Numbered from the stretch's first letter, positions 10,408 through 20,363 are shown. The stretch: DNA of 64,000 nt from Nitrospirota bacterium (GCA_963701855.1 CAVPBK010000006.1:704001-768000); one strand, 5' to 3'. Numbers and translations are program-made. The notes: generated by a model from the sequence alone, not told the origin.

Positions 10408-10918
10408 GTGGAGTTGAGTACACAATGAGCACAATTGGCTCACCAATTTCCACCCATTGCGAACCTGTGAACTCTGTTGGAAGGGAAGCGATCATGTAGG
10501 TTCGAACGATGAGTCAATGAGCATCCAACTATCGTTTTTAAAGAACGGGGAAAAGTCTTCTGGTTGAGCCAAAACTAAAAAGAGGGCAAAAAGTACGAAT
10601 TGACCTGTCTATGCAGAACAGCTAAACGCATCCCCTGCGCTCGGCATTGCTCCGAAGCCAACGGTTTGTTAGGCTTGCCACACCGCTCGGACCATTCTTC
10701 GAACGGATGAGAGTCTTGATCAGACGTGTGCAAGTGAACGTCACTGCGCTGGGCGCCCGCAAGGTGACCGAGACGTGGGTCGGTGAGTGAGGAGGCAATC
10801 GAAGGTACCGTTCCCGGAACGAATCAGTATCAGCATCAGCAGATAATCGCCATAATGAGATCGATCTTCCCTTAACAGGTAACAAGGTACCGGGTTCAGT
10901 CTGAGGCATGGGGGAACG

Positions 10919-11644
10919 ATGAGTTGGGAAACGTCCATGACCAATGAGTTTCCTGAGGCTATTCCACAGGACCGGTTCGTCGCCGGATCATTTGAGAAAC
11001 TGCACAGACAAGGATTTCTGGTGGAGAATACAATCGCCTTCGCGTGTGTCTGCCGCGACGAGGCCACCTTGCCCCTGGTGAAAGATATTGAGAAAACCTG
11101 GGGAGAAGTGTTCATGTTTTCCAGTCTCGGTGGAATGATCATTTTAGGCAAGACCGGATTCTTGGCCGCCCAACAGCATGCCCCTATTGATGAAGGTGGC
11201 ATAGAGCGATCTGTGTATTATGCCCTGCCGCATATTGCCATTGGGCCTCACGGGGAATTCGGCGTCTATTTTCGTCCAGGTCGCCAGAAGGCCTCCCATG
11301 CCTGCGGCGCCTTGATGGCGTTTCAACATGAACTCGAGAGTCGGTCTCTCCAATTGGCGCCCGATCCTGATGATATAGAGCAAAGTTTTCTCAAGCGACA
11401 TCTGTTGGGCAAGCTCCGGTATGGCGATGTCCCGGATTTACCGTCTTTGACCAGGATCGCTCATGCGGTCATCCTCGAAGAACTCGAACGGATGATCCGG
11501 CTGACTGTCGATCCCACGCGAAGCGATTACGGCCTGTTCACCGGGATTCAGATCCACACCCCGAACGGCGGTCACTTCGTGTGGCCTGGGGCCGCCTATG
11601 CCATGAAGAACGGGAAAACGGTGAGCCTGTCCGACGTGAAGTGA
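10919..11644 (+). CDS. LCIB/LCIC-family (theta-class) carbonic anhydrase-like protein
   Basis: CVCRDE, LGG...GKTG, PHIAI and HACGAL: the Cys/His/Cys Zn-ligand pattern of LCIB. Confidence 0.85.
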   Translation: MSWETSMTNEFPEAIPQDRFVAGSFEKLHRQGFLVENTIAFACVCRDEATLPLVKDIEKTWGEVFMFSSLGGMIILGKTGFLAAQQHAPIDEGGIERSVYYALPHIAIGPHGEFGVYFRPGRQKASHACGALMAFQHELESRSLQLAPDPDDIEQSFLKRHLLGKLRYGDVPDLPSLTRIAHAVILEELERMIRLTVDPTRSDYGLFTGIQIHTPNGGHFVWPGAAYAMKNGKTVSLSDVK

Positions 11645-12257
11645 TAAAGATCACAACATGAAAGGGAAGAGCGACGCGGAACACCTTGCAGACGGTCTTG
11701 GCCGCGAGCTGGCAGTAGTTGACCATGAAATTGTCTGAGGTAGACCAAGCAATTGCTTGAGACCGATCGGATTTCTAAAGCCGTGGATTCCAGATTCTCA
11801 ACCTCTGTCTAAGTGGAGTCCTCCTGCCCTACGGCCACACACACGTCTCCCTCCCACCAAGAAAGGAAGGGGGAGTCTTCTCAATTTCAAATCCTGCCCA
11901 AAAAGGAAACCCCTGAGTCACACAACCAAACAACCAGAGTGGGCCATGCCATGATCCCATTGCGCTATGATTTCCCGAAGCGAATCGGCCCGACGCAGAT
12001 CTGCACCCCGTCTGCTATCGCGCCTACTCGCGAGCTTAGCGCACGACGGTTCGCGTCTATCAACTGGTGCGCCGGGATTGGTTGGGAAAATTCGGAACTC
12101 TTTGGCGAAAACTTCCAGATATGAAATCCTCACTATCCTACCCCCAAGCGCACCGACTTATCAGGGTTGTAAGCGCGAGTTGAACGCCATCACTCGATGT
12201 GCCAAGCAACGGTCTGCCCGTCATCGTATCCCTGAAAGTCGGTGCCCACTGGTCTCC

Positions 12258-12662
12258 TCAGTGTTTAGCCAACCTGCTATCCTGCGTTTCCGTTTCTTTA
12301 TTGTTGATATCGTGAATGGCCAGCACGCTTGTCACACCACCGTTCGCTTTACCGAGTTTCGCCTCAATCCAATCTCCTGGCTCGAATACGTGGCCGTTTC
12401 TCAGGGCTGCGGTGACTGGCAACTGCACTTCCTGCCCATTAAATCGCTCAACGACAAGCGTATCGCCGTCCACGCGCAGGACCTCGCCCTTGATGGTTTG
12501 AATGCCCTGCCGTTCTTCTTGACTACACTGCAGGAGATTCGGGAGACCACCTTTTCGACTGGCACAAGGGTCAAGGCGAAATGCCTGCGATGCATCGGCC
12601 AGACTCAGGCACAGCACAACACCGCATGAGAGGACACCGATGATTTTTGGAAGGGATACCAT
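12258..12662 (-). CDS. small exported protein
   Basis: AAGGAGG RBS, signal peptide MVSLPKIIGVLSCG..., beta-rich C-terminus. Confidence 0.7.
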   Translation of the reverse strand: MVSLPKIIGVLSCGVVLCLSLADASQAFRLDPCASRKGGLPNLLQCSQEERQGIQTIKGEVLRVDGDTLVVERFNGQEVQLPVTAALRNGHVFEPGDWIEAKLGKANGGVTSVLAIHDINNKETETQDSRLAKH

Positions 12663-12848
12663 GACAACCTCCTTGTTAATGATTGGTAGTTCGAAACCCG
12701 TGTCTTCCAACCCCCTGAGTTCGCCAGGGAGTCATATGACCTTTCATCTATACGTTTACACAACGGGTACATGAATGAGTATCAGGGGATTTCTGAGAGT
12801 TCCTGGAAAAATACCTGAGCAGGCCTGTGGGAGAAGTGGATGCTCACG

Positions 12849-12959
12849 ATAGGCAAACGGTACAAACACCGTAAAGGACAGCGCTGAAGCTCCGACAACT
12901 AGCGCGGCGAGATGCCGCACCCCTGGAATAAAGTATGCCACCAGCAGGGAATATTTGCC
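12849..12959 (-). pseudogene. internal fragment of a DedA paralog
   Basis: 107/111 identical to 17891-18001 in inverted orientation. Confidence 0.9.
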
Positions 12960-13108
12960 GAGGCAGCATGCTTGGCCTTCTGTCCGTAGGCCTGGCCTTT
13001 CTCTGGACAGTCAATCCCGCTGAGTCGGATACGTTCAGGGTGTTGGGTGTGTAGGACTTCGATGGTGTCGCCGTCGAGGACGGAAACGACGGGGCCAGTG
13101 GGTCTCAC
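12960..13108 (-). pseudogene. thermonuclease (SNase-like) N-terminal fragment
   Basis: VVSVLDGDTIEV...RIRLSGIDCPEKGQAYG, joined directly to the DedA fragment. Confidence 0.85.
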
Positions 13109-13309
13109 GCGCTAAAACGACATGGATGCCCGCTTCGGGATTGAAACAGATCCAGTATCGCTTCGCTCCGCCTCATTCTTTGCTGTCGCATGTGTCGGCA
13201 AATTGCTTGCGCACCAGCCTGAGGTGTAGTCTATTGACCGATGCCCCCGTGTATCGACGGGGATGTGATCGAAGTACATGCCGTGTGTCCACATTACGGA
13301 AGAACCGCG

Positions 13310-13831
13310 ATGTTTCGATATGGGGCGCTGACACTGGTTGTCTTGATCTCCCTGTCCTATGGCTGTAGTCCACCAATTACACAGGAGATCGCCGTTCGGG
13401 AACTTGAGGCAATGGCGCGCAATCCCAGTATTCAGTTTAATGATGCAAGATTTTCTCATGTGAACCAAAAATCGCTGGTTTCTATCCACTATAGGAATTC
13501 TGGTGCGAGTCACGCCTATCGTGTGGTTACCGACCTTAAAGTGTTTCTGGACGCACACAAAGTGCCGATAGAGCAAGATTCTCCCGAGTTCGAGTCCACG
13601 CTGGCTCCGAATGCACCTCGAGAGTTGCGTGGTATCCTTCCAGACAAATTCATTGAGGAAGTGATGAATGGCAAGGGGAAATTAACCATGGAATTTGCAG
13701 CTTCATATCAGAATCAGCAGGGCAAACAGTTTGTGGCTTTTTCAAGCTGGCAATTCAGTCGGATTACGATGGAGCCATTTCTCCTAGAGAATCAGCTCAC
13801 TTCAACTGGTCCTCCGCCCCCCGCGCCATGA
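13310..13831 (+). CDS. putative lipoprotein
   Basis: Hydrophobic signal ending in SYGC; beta-rich body. Confidence 0.7.
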   Translation: MFRYGALTLVVLISLSYGCSPPITQEIAVRELEAMARNPSIQFNDARFSHVNQKSLVSIHYRNSGASHAYRVVTDLKVFLDAHKVPIEQDSPEFESTLAPNAPRELRGILPDKFIEEVMNGKGKLTMEFAASYQNQQGKQFVAFSSWQFSRITMEPFLLENQLTSTGPPPPAP

Positions 13832-14003
13832 TGGAGGATGAGGAACCTCACTAGGACTTGCGGGCATGACCATCCAGATTGCATCGCTGACGGTCATCCT
13901 TAGAGGAAAGGCTATTTCTACTTCGCCACAATCTTGTAGTTGATCTGCTCGTATATCGCCTCCTTGTCAGTGCATCGTCCCCTTCAGCATCCGCTGCCCC
14001 ATC

Positions 14004-14435
14004 TCAATGATTCTGTCCAGCCGCTGCAGCAGGTTCATCGACTGGCGCGAGACCTTGTCGGTTGCAGGATACGATGATGCCCCAGGTTTGACGCTGAATG
14101 CTGTAGCCGTCAAGACCTTGACGGTATTCGACGGTGGTTCGGTCGGATTGCGTCTGTTCAAACGTGACATCAAAGAGCATAGTGCGTGAATAGATTGCGT
14201 AGACGCGAATCAACGGACCTCCTTCTCGCTTCCAGCGTATGCTGGGTTCTCCTCCGAAGAGCCACAACTCCCTTTCAAGGCGTTGCTTCACACAGGTGGC
14301 CAGTATGTCATAGGGTGCCTGAAAGGTGGTGGTTCGAAGGGGTTTGGCAGCACGGGCTTCGTCTAAGTTTTCGGATGCACAGCCTACTAACGCGGCTAGT
14401 ACCAGAAGAAGGATAGAAAAGAGCGTGGCCGGCAT
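14004..14435 (-). CDS. putative lipoprotein (paralog A)
   Basis: LVGC lipobox; alignable with 14961-15392; the upstream in-frame 26 codons look like a PilZ N-terminal remnant. Confidence 0.75.
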   Translation of the reverse strand: MPATLFSILLLVLAALVGCASENLDEARAAKPLRTTTFQAPYDILATCVKQRLERELWLFGGEPSIRWKREGGPLIRVYAIYSRTMLFDVTFEQTQSDRTTVEYRQGLDGYSIQRQTWGIIVSCNRQGLAPVDEPAAAAGQNH

Positions 14436-14654
14436 CTTTCCAAATGGACCTTCGTTGTCGGTACCGGAACATTGCACAGGGAAACGACGGTAGGGACCAA
14501 TCCAGAAGGACATGGAGGCCTCGCAGGGAGGCGTATTCTAGGAGGGATGCCTAGGGTGCGCAAGAGGCGAACAGGCCGCCGATGGGAGCGGATGCCGAAG
14601 ACGTGGGAGGCGTGAGGCGAATACGCGAAACGTCGACGAAGGCAGAGGGGGGGG

Positions 14655-14861
14655 TTAGGCGGGCGCCAATATTTTGTAGTACACAACCCGGCCCTGCTTT
14701 CTGCAAGTGAAGCAGATCCCTTCTTCTCCTAAGACCAGTTCATTCCTGTGTGAAGGACGGCTAGCATCAATAAATTTCTTGGATTCGGGTAAGCCGTCTT
14801 TCACGGAGACCTTACAGAGGCATCGAATGCAGAAAGACTCTGTCTGATCCATGAGATACAA
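14655..14861 (-). CDS. small CxxC...CxxC (zinc-binding-like) protein
   Basis: CIRC and CFTC in 68 aa. Confidence 0.5.
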   Translation of the reverse strand: MYLMDQTESFCIRCLCKVSVKDGLPESKKFIDASRPSHRNELVLGEEGICFTCRKQGRVVYYKILAPA

Positions 14862-14960
14862 TGCCAGATCTAGAACATGCGGGGACTAGGAATCTCCCTA
14901 GTCGTGCTGCCGACGTGCGTCGGCGTGGGTACGTCCCGGACTTTTCGCGGCGGTGCGGGC

Positions 14961-15392
14961 TTATTTTGGCGAAACGCCTGGTGGGAACGGTGCTGTGGTG
15001 GCGGGCGGCGCTTGAAGCTGCTGGGCGCAGCGGGCAAGGAGGGCCCAGGTTTGCTGGGCAAGCGCATGACCGTCGCGATGGCCTTTTCGCAGTTCTACTT
15101 TGGTGAGCTCAGTCTGCGCAACAAAATGCAACTCAAACCCCACGATCCGTTGAGCTAGAAGCGATTGTCGTGTGACGGTGAGAAAAAACTCCCGCTGCTC
15201 AGGCCCCCCGCTGAGGTGTGCCTCATAGGCAGAGTCGATGGCTTCGATCCCACGCAAGACACAGTAGGAGAGGGCAGACGCCGGGGCCGAAAAATTACCT
15301 ACCTGGTCCGGAGGCGCCTGCCGAACCTCGGCCAGACTCGCGACGCAGCCTGAGAGCAGCAGGGCCAGACCGAAGAGTGAGAGACGACGCAT
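14961..15392 (-). CDS. putative lipoprotein (paralog B)
   Basis: LSGC lipobox; alignable with 14004-14435. Confidence 0.75.
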   Translation of the reverse strand: MRRLSLFGLALLLSGCVASLAEVRQAPPDQVGNFSAPASALSYCVLRGIEAIDSAYEAHLSGGPEQREFFLTVTRQSLLAQRIVGFELHFVAQTELTKVELRKGHRDGHALAQQTWALLARCAQQLQAPPATTAPFPPGVSPK

Positions 15393-15546
15393 GCACGGAA
15401 TCCTAGCACAGCTCATGGCCGGGAACCATCGTACTTATCGAAACATCACCCCGAGCATGGTGTTGCCGACGATGGAGAGGAGAGAGATGGCTCCGCTTGA
15501 TTGGACAGGTTCTGCCGGTTCATAAGTGGCGCCCGGCGGTTAGGGC

Positions 15547-16377
15547 CTACGCAGCGGAAGGCTGTGCGGGCCGGTTCTCCCAGTACACGCGATCGGGCGT
15601 GCGTCCGTCAAGCGCGCGATGCGGCCTGACTTGATTATAGAATTGGACGTAACGGTCGAGCCCCTGCTGCGCGTCACGAACCGTCTCGTACGCGTGGAGA
15701 TAGACCTCCTCATACTTGAGGCTCCGCCAGAGGCGTTCCACATATACGTTATCCCGCCAACAGCCGCGGGCATCCATACTGATCTGGATGCCCTGGTCAT
15801 TCAGCAAACCCGTGAACTCCAGACTGGTAAACTGACAGCCTTGATCGGTGTTGAAGATCTCCGGATGGCCATACTGCGTGATCGCCTCCCGCACCGCGTC
15901 GAGGCAGAAGTCCGTGGTCAACGTATTGGAGAGCCGCCACGCCAACACTCGGCGACTCGCCCAGTCCAGGACGGCGAAGAGAGACACGAAGCCCCGACGC
16001 ATGGGAATGTAGGTGAGGTCCGCCGCCCAGACGTGGTTCGGGCGAACGATCTCCAGACCGCGCAGACGATAGGGGTAGATCCGATGGGCAGGATGCCGCT
16101 GAGTGGTGCAGGGCTTGCGATACACGGCGGTGATCCCCATGCGCCGCATGAGGCTGGCCACACGCCGCCGCCCAATGGCCTGGCCGTCCTGTCGGAGGAG
16201 AGCGCGCAGCATCCGAGCCCCGGCAAAGGGATACTGGAGATGCAACTCGTCAATCCGGCGCATCAGGGCCAGTTCGCTATCGGCCACGGGCGTCGGTTGA
16301 TAGTAGGCCGTCGAGCGTGCCACGCCGAGCAGCTGGCATTGCCGAACGACAGGCAGGGGATGAGTTCGGTCGATCAT
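15547..16377 (-). CDS. IS3 transposase OrfB (DDE integrase core)
   Basis: WAADLTYI, FNTDQGCQF, DNVYVERLWRSLKYE. Confidence 0.92.
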   Translation of the reverse strand: MIDRTHPLPVVRQCQLLGVARSTAYYQPTPVADSELALMRRIDELHLQYPFAGARMLRALLRQDGQAIGRRRVASLMRRMGITAVYRKPCTTQRHPAHRIYPYRLRGLEIVRPNHVWAADLTYIPMRRGFVSLFAVLDWASRRVLAWRLSNTLTTDFCLDAVREAITQYGHPEIFNTDQGCQFTSLEFTGLLNDQGIQISMDARGCWRDNVYVERLWRSLKYEEVYLHAYETVRDAQQGLDRYVQFYNQVRPHRALDGRTPDRVYWENRPAQPSAA

Positions 16378-16417
16378 CGCGTTGCGCTCAGCACGCCGGC
16401 CTTGATGAGCGCCCCTT

Positions 16418-16672
16418 CTAAAAATCGTTCTCCAGCGCCAGTTGCCCGATCTTCGCGTGACGCGTCTTGAGATCCGGCGTCTCTGATGGAGCCCTCGTCC
16501 CGCCAAACACGTCCGCGGCTCGCGCCAGCAACTGTTGTTTCCATTCGGTGATCTGGGTGGGGTGGACGCTGAATTGCTCGGCCAATTCGGCTCGCGTCTT
16601 GTCGCCTTTGACGGCCGTCAAGGCCACCTGCGCCTTGACGCTCGCTCCGTGATTCCGTCTCGTTCGTTTCAT
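16418..16672 (-). CDS. IS3 transposase OrfA (premature stop at the slippery site)
   Basis: MKRTRRNH...AELAEQFSVHPTQITEWK...LENDF*; the expected tail LEGALIKAG continues in another frame. Confidence 0.85.
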   Translation of the reverse strand: MKRTRRNHGASVKAQVALTAVKGDKTRAELAEQFSVHPTQITEWKQQLLARAADVFGGTRAPSETPDLKTRHAKIGQLALENDF

Positions 16673-17101
16673 CGCCTCGCTCCTGTGGTTCGCCACCCCT
16701 CGGTGGCGTTGGTGAAGCCAGGCTACCACTTACCATACTGTCCGAATTTCCGGGCCCCCCTCTCTGTCCCTGCGAAATTGCGAGCGCACGCTGACCCGCA
16801 TGCGCGGCATGCCGAGAAGGACCCGTGAGAATGGCGGGCTTACTCACTAAGATGCTAGCAGACGCTGAAGCCGGGCCCGAGAACAGCTGACGGCGCTGCG
16901 TCAAATACGCAGAATCGTGTCGTGCTTCTAGGACAAACCCTCGGCCTGAGTTCAGCTCCTCGTCCCTGCCCTCACCTTGCGGTTTCCTTAGCTCCCTCCT
17001 AGAATGGGCCACCCTGCGAGGCCGCTATGCCCTCTCAAGCGACAAGTACCACAAGGACGGAATCAGATCGGGTGTTCACTTTTAATTGGAGGAGGACTGC
17101 C

Positions 17102-17407
17102 ATGCGTCCATCATTCATCGTTGCGGTTGTGATCGCCACTGCGGTCGGTATCAGTATGACCCCGATTCTTCATTCGCCCGCGTGGGCGCAAGGGATGCCC
17201 CCAGGTGGCCAAGGGGCTACGCCCGGTGCACAGCCGTCCATCAAAGAGGCCGCGGGACAACTCAAAACGGACACCGGCAAGGCCAAGGATGACCTCAAGG
17301 CCATGGACGTGAACAAGGGCAAACAGGACGCGGGTCAGGTGAATAAAGATGTTCAGGGCCTCAAGGAAAGCGTCAAGGAGATGCCGGCGAATCCGTTCGG
17401 CAAATAA
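17102..17407 (+). CDS. small exported helical protein
   Basis: GGAGGAGG RBS, signal peptide ending AWA, Lys/Asp-rich body. Confidence 0.7.
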   Translation: MRPSFIVAVVIATAVGISMTPILHSPAWAQGMPPGGQGATPGAQPSIKEAAGQLKTDTGKAKDDLKAMDVNKGKQDAGQVNKDVQGLKESVKEMPANPFGK

Positions 17408-17581
17408 TTCTGCGGGGTGGGTCAACTCGCCGTGAAGTGATTTGAACGGGTAGTCTTGCGGCGCAGCGGCAAGCGCAGAAGTTGAACTCCCAAAAGGAAT
17501 GAGCTACCAACGCCCCAAACGCGATAGCATGTCCCTCGAAGCGACCGTCTCCAACATATTCTTGATGGGGATCATGTCAAG

Positions 17582-18175
17582 ATGGAAACTGGCATCGATT
17601 GGATTGCGCAATATGGCTATGGGATGCTCTTTGTCTTACTGGTGCTGGGCATTGTGGGACTCCCAGTACCCGACGAAACGCTACTGACGTTTGTCGGCTA
17701 TCTGTGTTTCAAAGAAAAACTGCACATCGTGCCCGCGCTAGCCACAGCCTTCCTGGGGAGTGCCAGCGGGATTACGTTGAGCTATGTCATCGGACGTGTT
17801 GTTGGGGTACAAGTTGTCTCGAAGTGGGGACCCTACCTTCATCTTCGCCCTGATCACCTCGCCCAGGCACAGCGCTGGGTTCTCCATTGGGGCAAGTATT
17901 CCCTGCTGGTGGCATACTTTATTCCAGGGGTGCGGCATCTCGCCGCGCTGGTTGTCGGAGCTTCGGCGCTGTCCTTCACGGTGTTTGTACCGTTTGCCTA
18001 TACCGGCGCGTTACTCTGGTCTGCCACGTTTATTGGGCTTGGCTATGTGGCGGGCGAAGAATGGAGTCAGCTCTCCTCCGTCCTGCATCCCTCCTTGATC
18101 ATTGGGGCAATCGTGGTAATGCTGGTGCTCGCAGGTGTGTTGCTGGTCTTGCGGCGACGGGGCAGGCTGAGCTAG
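17582..18175 (+). CDS. DedA-family membrane protein
   Basis: GLPVPDETLL, YFIPGVRH, multiple TM helices. Confidence 0.93.
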   Translation: METGIDWIAQYGYGMLFVLLVLGIVGLPVPDETLLTFVGYLCFKEKLHIVPALATAFLGSASGITLSYVIGRVVGVQVVSKWGPYLHLRPDHLAQAQRWVLHWGKYSLLVAYFIPGVRHLAALVVGASALSFTVFVPFAYTGALLWSATFIGLGYVAGEEWSQLSSVLHPSLIIGAIVVMLVLAGVLLVLRRRGRLS

Positions 18176-18363
18176 CAGACAGAACTTCTTACAGGGTTAT
18201 GATCCCATCCGCAGTCGGTGTCGCCGTGGGAGTGGAGGAAGCAAATGTAATCGGCGGATCGCGGTGGGAAGTGGACCGCTCAATCGTTGCCTTGACAGCG
18301 AACGTGTCCAGCTCAACGCCAGAAACCGCCCGAAATAACGTGTTGTGAATCTCGTTGTGTTGT

Positions 18364-18852
18364 TCACATGATAGTGTCCAGTTCCATGCCAGCTGCTCTG
18401 AGTGCTTTCGCCAGATTGTTTTGCCAGCGCCCGGTGCTGTCCATGGTCGTACAGGGAACGTCAGCGATCTCGGGTGGGATCTCGGCGCGATCTTTCAGGA
18501 GCGCATACACTCTGGTGTGTCCCAATTTCCCAAGGAAGTAATATAGATCAAGCACGACATTCCGACGCGTGCGAGGTGGGGGTTGCGGTCGGGTGTTTTT
18601 CGAAGAGCCCACATCGTCGGGTGTCAGGATCACGACCGCGAATCCCACGTCGGCGTTGCGTTCAACCTTCTCAATGAGCGTTTTGCCTGTGTCCGCTTGC
18701 TCGTGCAGGATGATGGCACGCAGCCCAAGCCGCTCGATGACGAGCCTGACCTCCTCCTCCGTCCCGGTATCATGACCATGAACGATGAAAATATCTCGCA
18801 TCGGTGCACAGTCTGCCATAGCTAGCTGACCTTTCGGCGGGACCGCCTCCAT
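18364..18852 (-). CDS. TIR-like nucleotide-binding protein (Cap12/Pycsar TIR-like family), degenerate
   Basis: IFIVHGHD, ILHEQ, TLIEK, FAVVILTPDD; NVVLDL in place of the usual NVxxEL. Confidence 0.85.
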   Translation of the reverse strand: MEAVPPKGQLAMADCAPMRDIFIVHGHDTGTEEEVRLVIERLGLRAIILHEQADTGKTLIEKVERNADVGFAVVILTPDDVGSSKNTRPQPPPRTRRNVVLDLYYFLGKLGHTRVYALLKDRAEIPPEIADVPCTTMDSTGRWQNNLAKALRAAGMELDTIM

Positions 18853-18989
18853 TTGGCTTTCAGGGAAGACTTCCCAGAAACTGGTGACAAACTCTTGAGG
18901 AAAAAGGTGTTGTGAAAAGCGTTGTGAAATGAATGGGGAAACGGGAGGAATTCTGAGGAAACTTGGGGAATGACTGAAACGCTGTTCCC

Positions 18990-19406
18990 TCAGTGTTCAT
19001 GGGGTGTTCCTCGTGTTGTCGAGATGTTGGGAGCGAAGCTTTGAAGGGTTAACATGTCCAGTGCGGCCGTGAAAACTACGAGGGCTGTCACCGTTTCTTC
19101 TTTTGCGATTATATGGACCTTGGCGAGAGAGGGAGCTTTGTCGAGATACCCCTCGATGAGCTTTTCGTGAGGAGTTTCTGGGTTGGCGAATCGATTGACA
19201 GCGAGCAGCCCTGCCTGCACCGCCTCAGCAGCCTCAAGGTAGATGTCCTTTCGTAATGACATCTCACGTTCACGGTCCTTCATCTCCCGCTCGTGGGCGA
19301 GCTGCGCCTGCAATCTCTTATTCTGGAAATAATTTTCGACGAAGACACCGCTGAGCGTCGCTAAGAGCGTGACGCCGCCGGTGATAAGGTAGCTGCCAAT
19401 GTCCAT
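18990..19406 (-). CDS. membrane-anchored hypothetical protein, possibly truncated
   Basis: N-terminal TM helix followed by coiled coil; GGAG RBS. Confidence 0.6.
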   Translation of the reverse strand: MDIGSYLITGGVTLLATLSGVFVENYFQNKRLQAQLAHEREMKDREREMSLRKDIYLEAAEAVQAGLLAVNRFANPETPHEKLIEGYLDKAPSLAKVHIIAKEETVTALVVFTAALDMLTLQSFAPNISTTRGTPHEH

Positions 19407-19462
19407 CTCAACTCCAAAACGGGAAACTCTGGGGTGGGGAAACCCCGCCTCCTACTCAGTCC

Positions 19463-20265
19463 TTATGGCCGGGATTCAATAGCTGCTTGCTTCGTCAGTG
19501 CAATCAATTCACTCACACGCTTCGCCATCTCTGCCTTGGTGCTGTCGATATTCACGCCTGCCCGCGCGTGAGCCAGTTCGTGTCGGAGTCGCGTGTAAAC
19601 CGTTTCCCCCATACTGCGTTCGGATTGCGCGGGTCTGGTGTAACTGGGACGGCAGGATCTTTGCTGAGGATAAAAGTATCGACCTGAAGGAAACTGTTTT
19701 CACAGAGCATCAGGAGCATGTTGTAGACGTGTACGAACTCCTCCACCTGGCTCATGGATTGCCGAGCCGAGCGAAGGAGGCCATAGTACTGCTCTCCAGG
19801 CGATGATTTCTTCTCAAGCTCCGCCTTGATGCCTTCGCCGGAAATACCGTCAACGAGCCCGACTGGCTGTCCGATGGTGGCGCAGCACCCAGCCTCGGCA
19901 TATATAGCACCGGGAGTATCGTTGAGCGGGGAGAATTGCATGCCGCTGATTTTTTCATTCTCGATGGCCTTGCTGAACAAAAATGAAATCCGGTTCAAGA
20001 CCGCTGTGCTTACCTTCATCGCTAAAGCTGTTCCAGCTTCACGGGTTGCCACGGAAGGCAGATGTACAGTGCACTCGATTACATTTATGCTCTCGGCTCC
20101 GTTCTCTGGTTTGATCTCTGCTTTAATCTCGACCTTGTCAACGCCTGGCTCGCTGGGGTTGAACTCAACCAAAGGGAACGTGAGGCCGTTGCCTCTAATC
20201 CGTGCCTGACAGATGACAGTTCCCTTAAAAATCCGTAATCTCCTCTCGGTCGATCTTCCCAGCAC
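19463..20265 (-). pseudogene. HEPN-motif protein, frameshifted
   Basis: ORF 19552-20265 continues after a shift at the G-run near 19606-19610 as ETVYTRLRHELAH...AAIESRP* (R-x4-H). Confidence 0.7.
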
Positions 20266-20363
20266 AGCGGCCAGGGCTGGCCTTTCTTCTTGTGCCGATT
20301 TTCTACACTTCCTCTACATTCATATTTTTCTTACAAGACATAACTCATAGACTATTGATTTAT

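Larger units (their letters stand above)
15481..16765 (-). mobile_element. IS3-family insertion sequence
   Basis: orfA HTH plus orfB DDE; imperfect terminal IRs AGAGAGATGGCTCCG...GGACAG and AGAGAGGGGGGCCCG...GGACAG. Confidence 0.9.

Noticed and set aside
10621..10674. attC-like start GCCTAAC-AAACC-GTTG on the minus strand
   Set aside because: No matching L' box and the far end is GTTTAGC rather than GTTRRRY; at best a very decayed site
15619..16470. 283-aa plus-strand ORF and other long antisense ORFs (e.g. 37414-38451, 62905-63858)
   Set aside because: Shadows of well-supported genes on the opposite strand in GC-rich DNA, with no motifs
18181..18348. Possible decayed tail of the island integrase (DRSIV resembling DRYNIV)
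   Set aside because: Similarity is too short to support without a profile search
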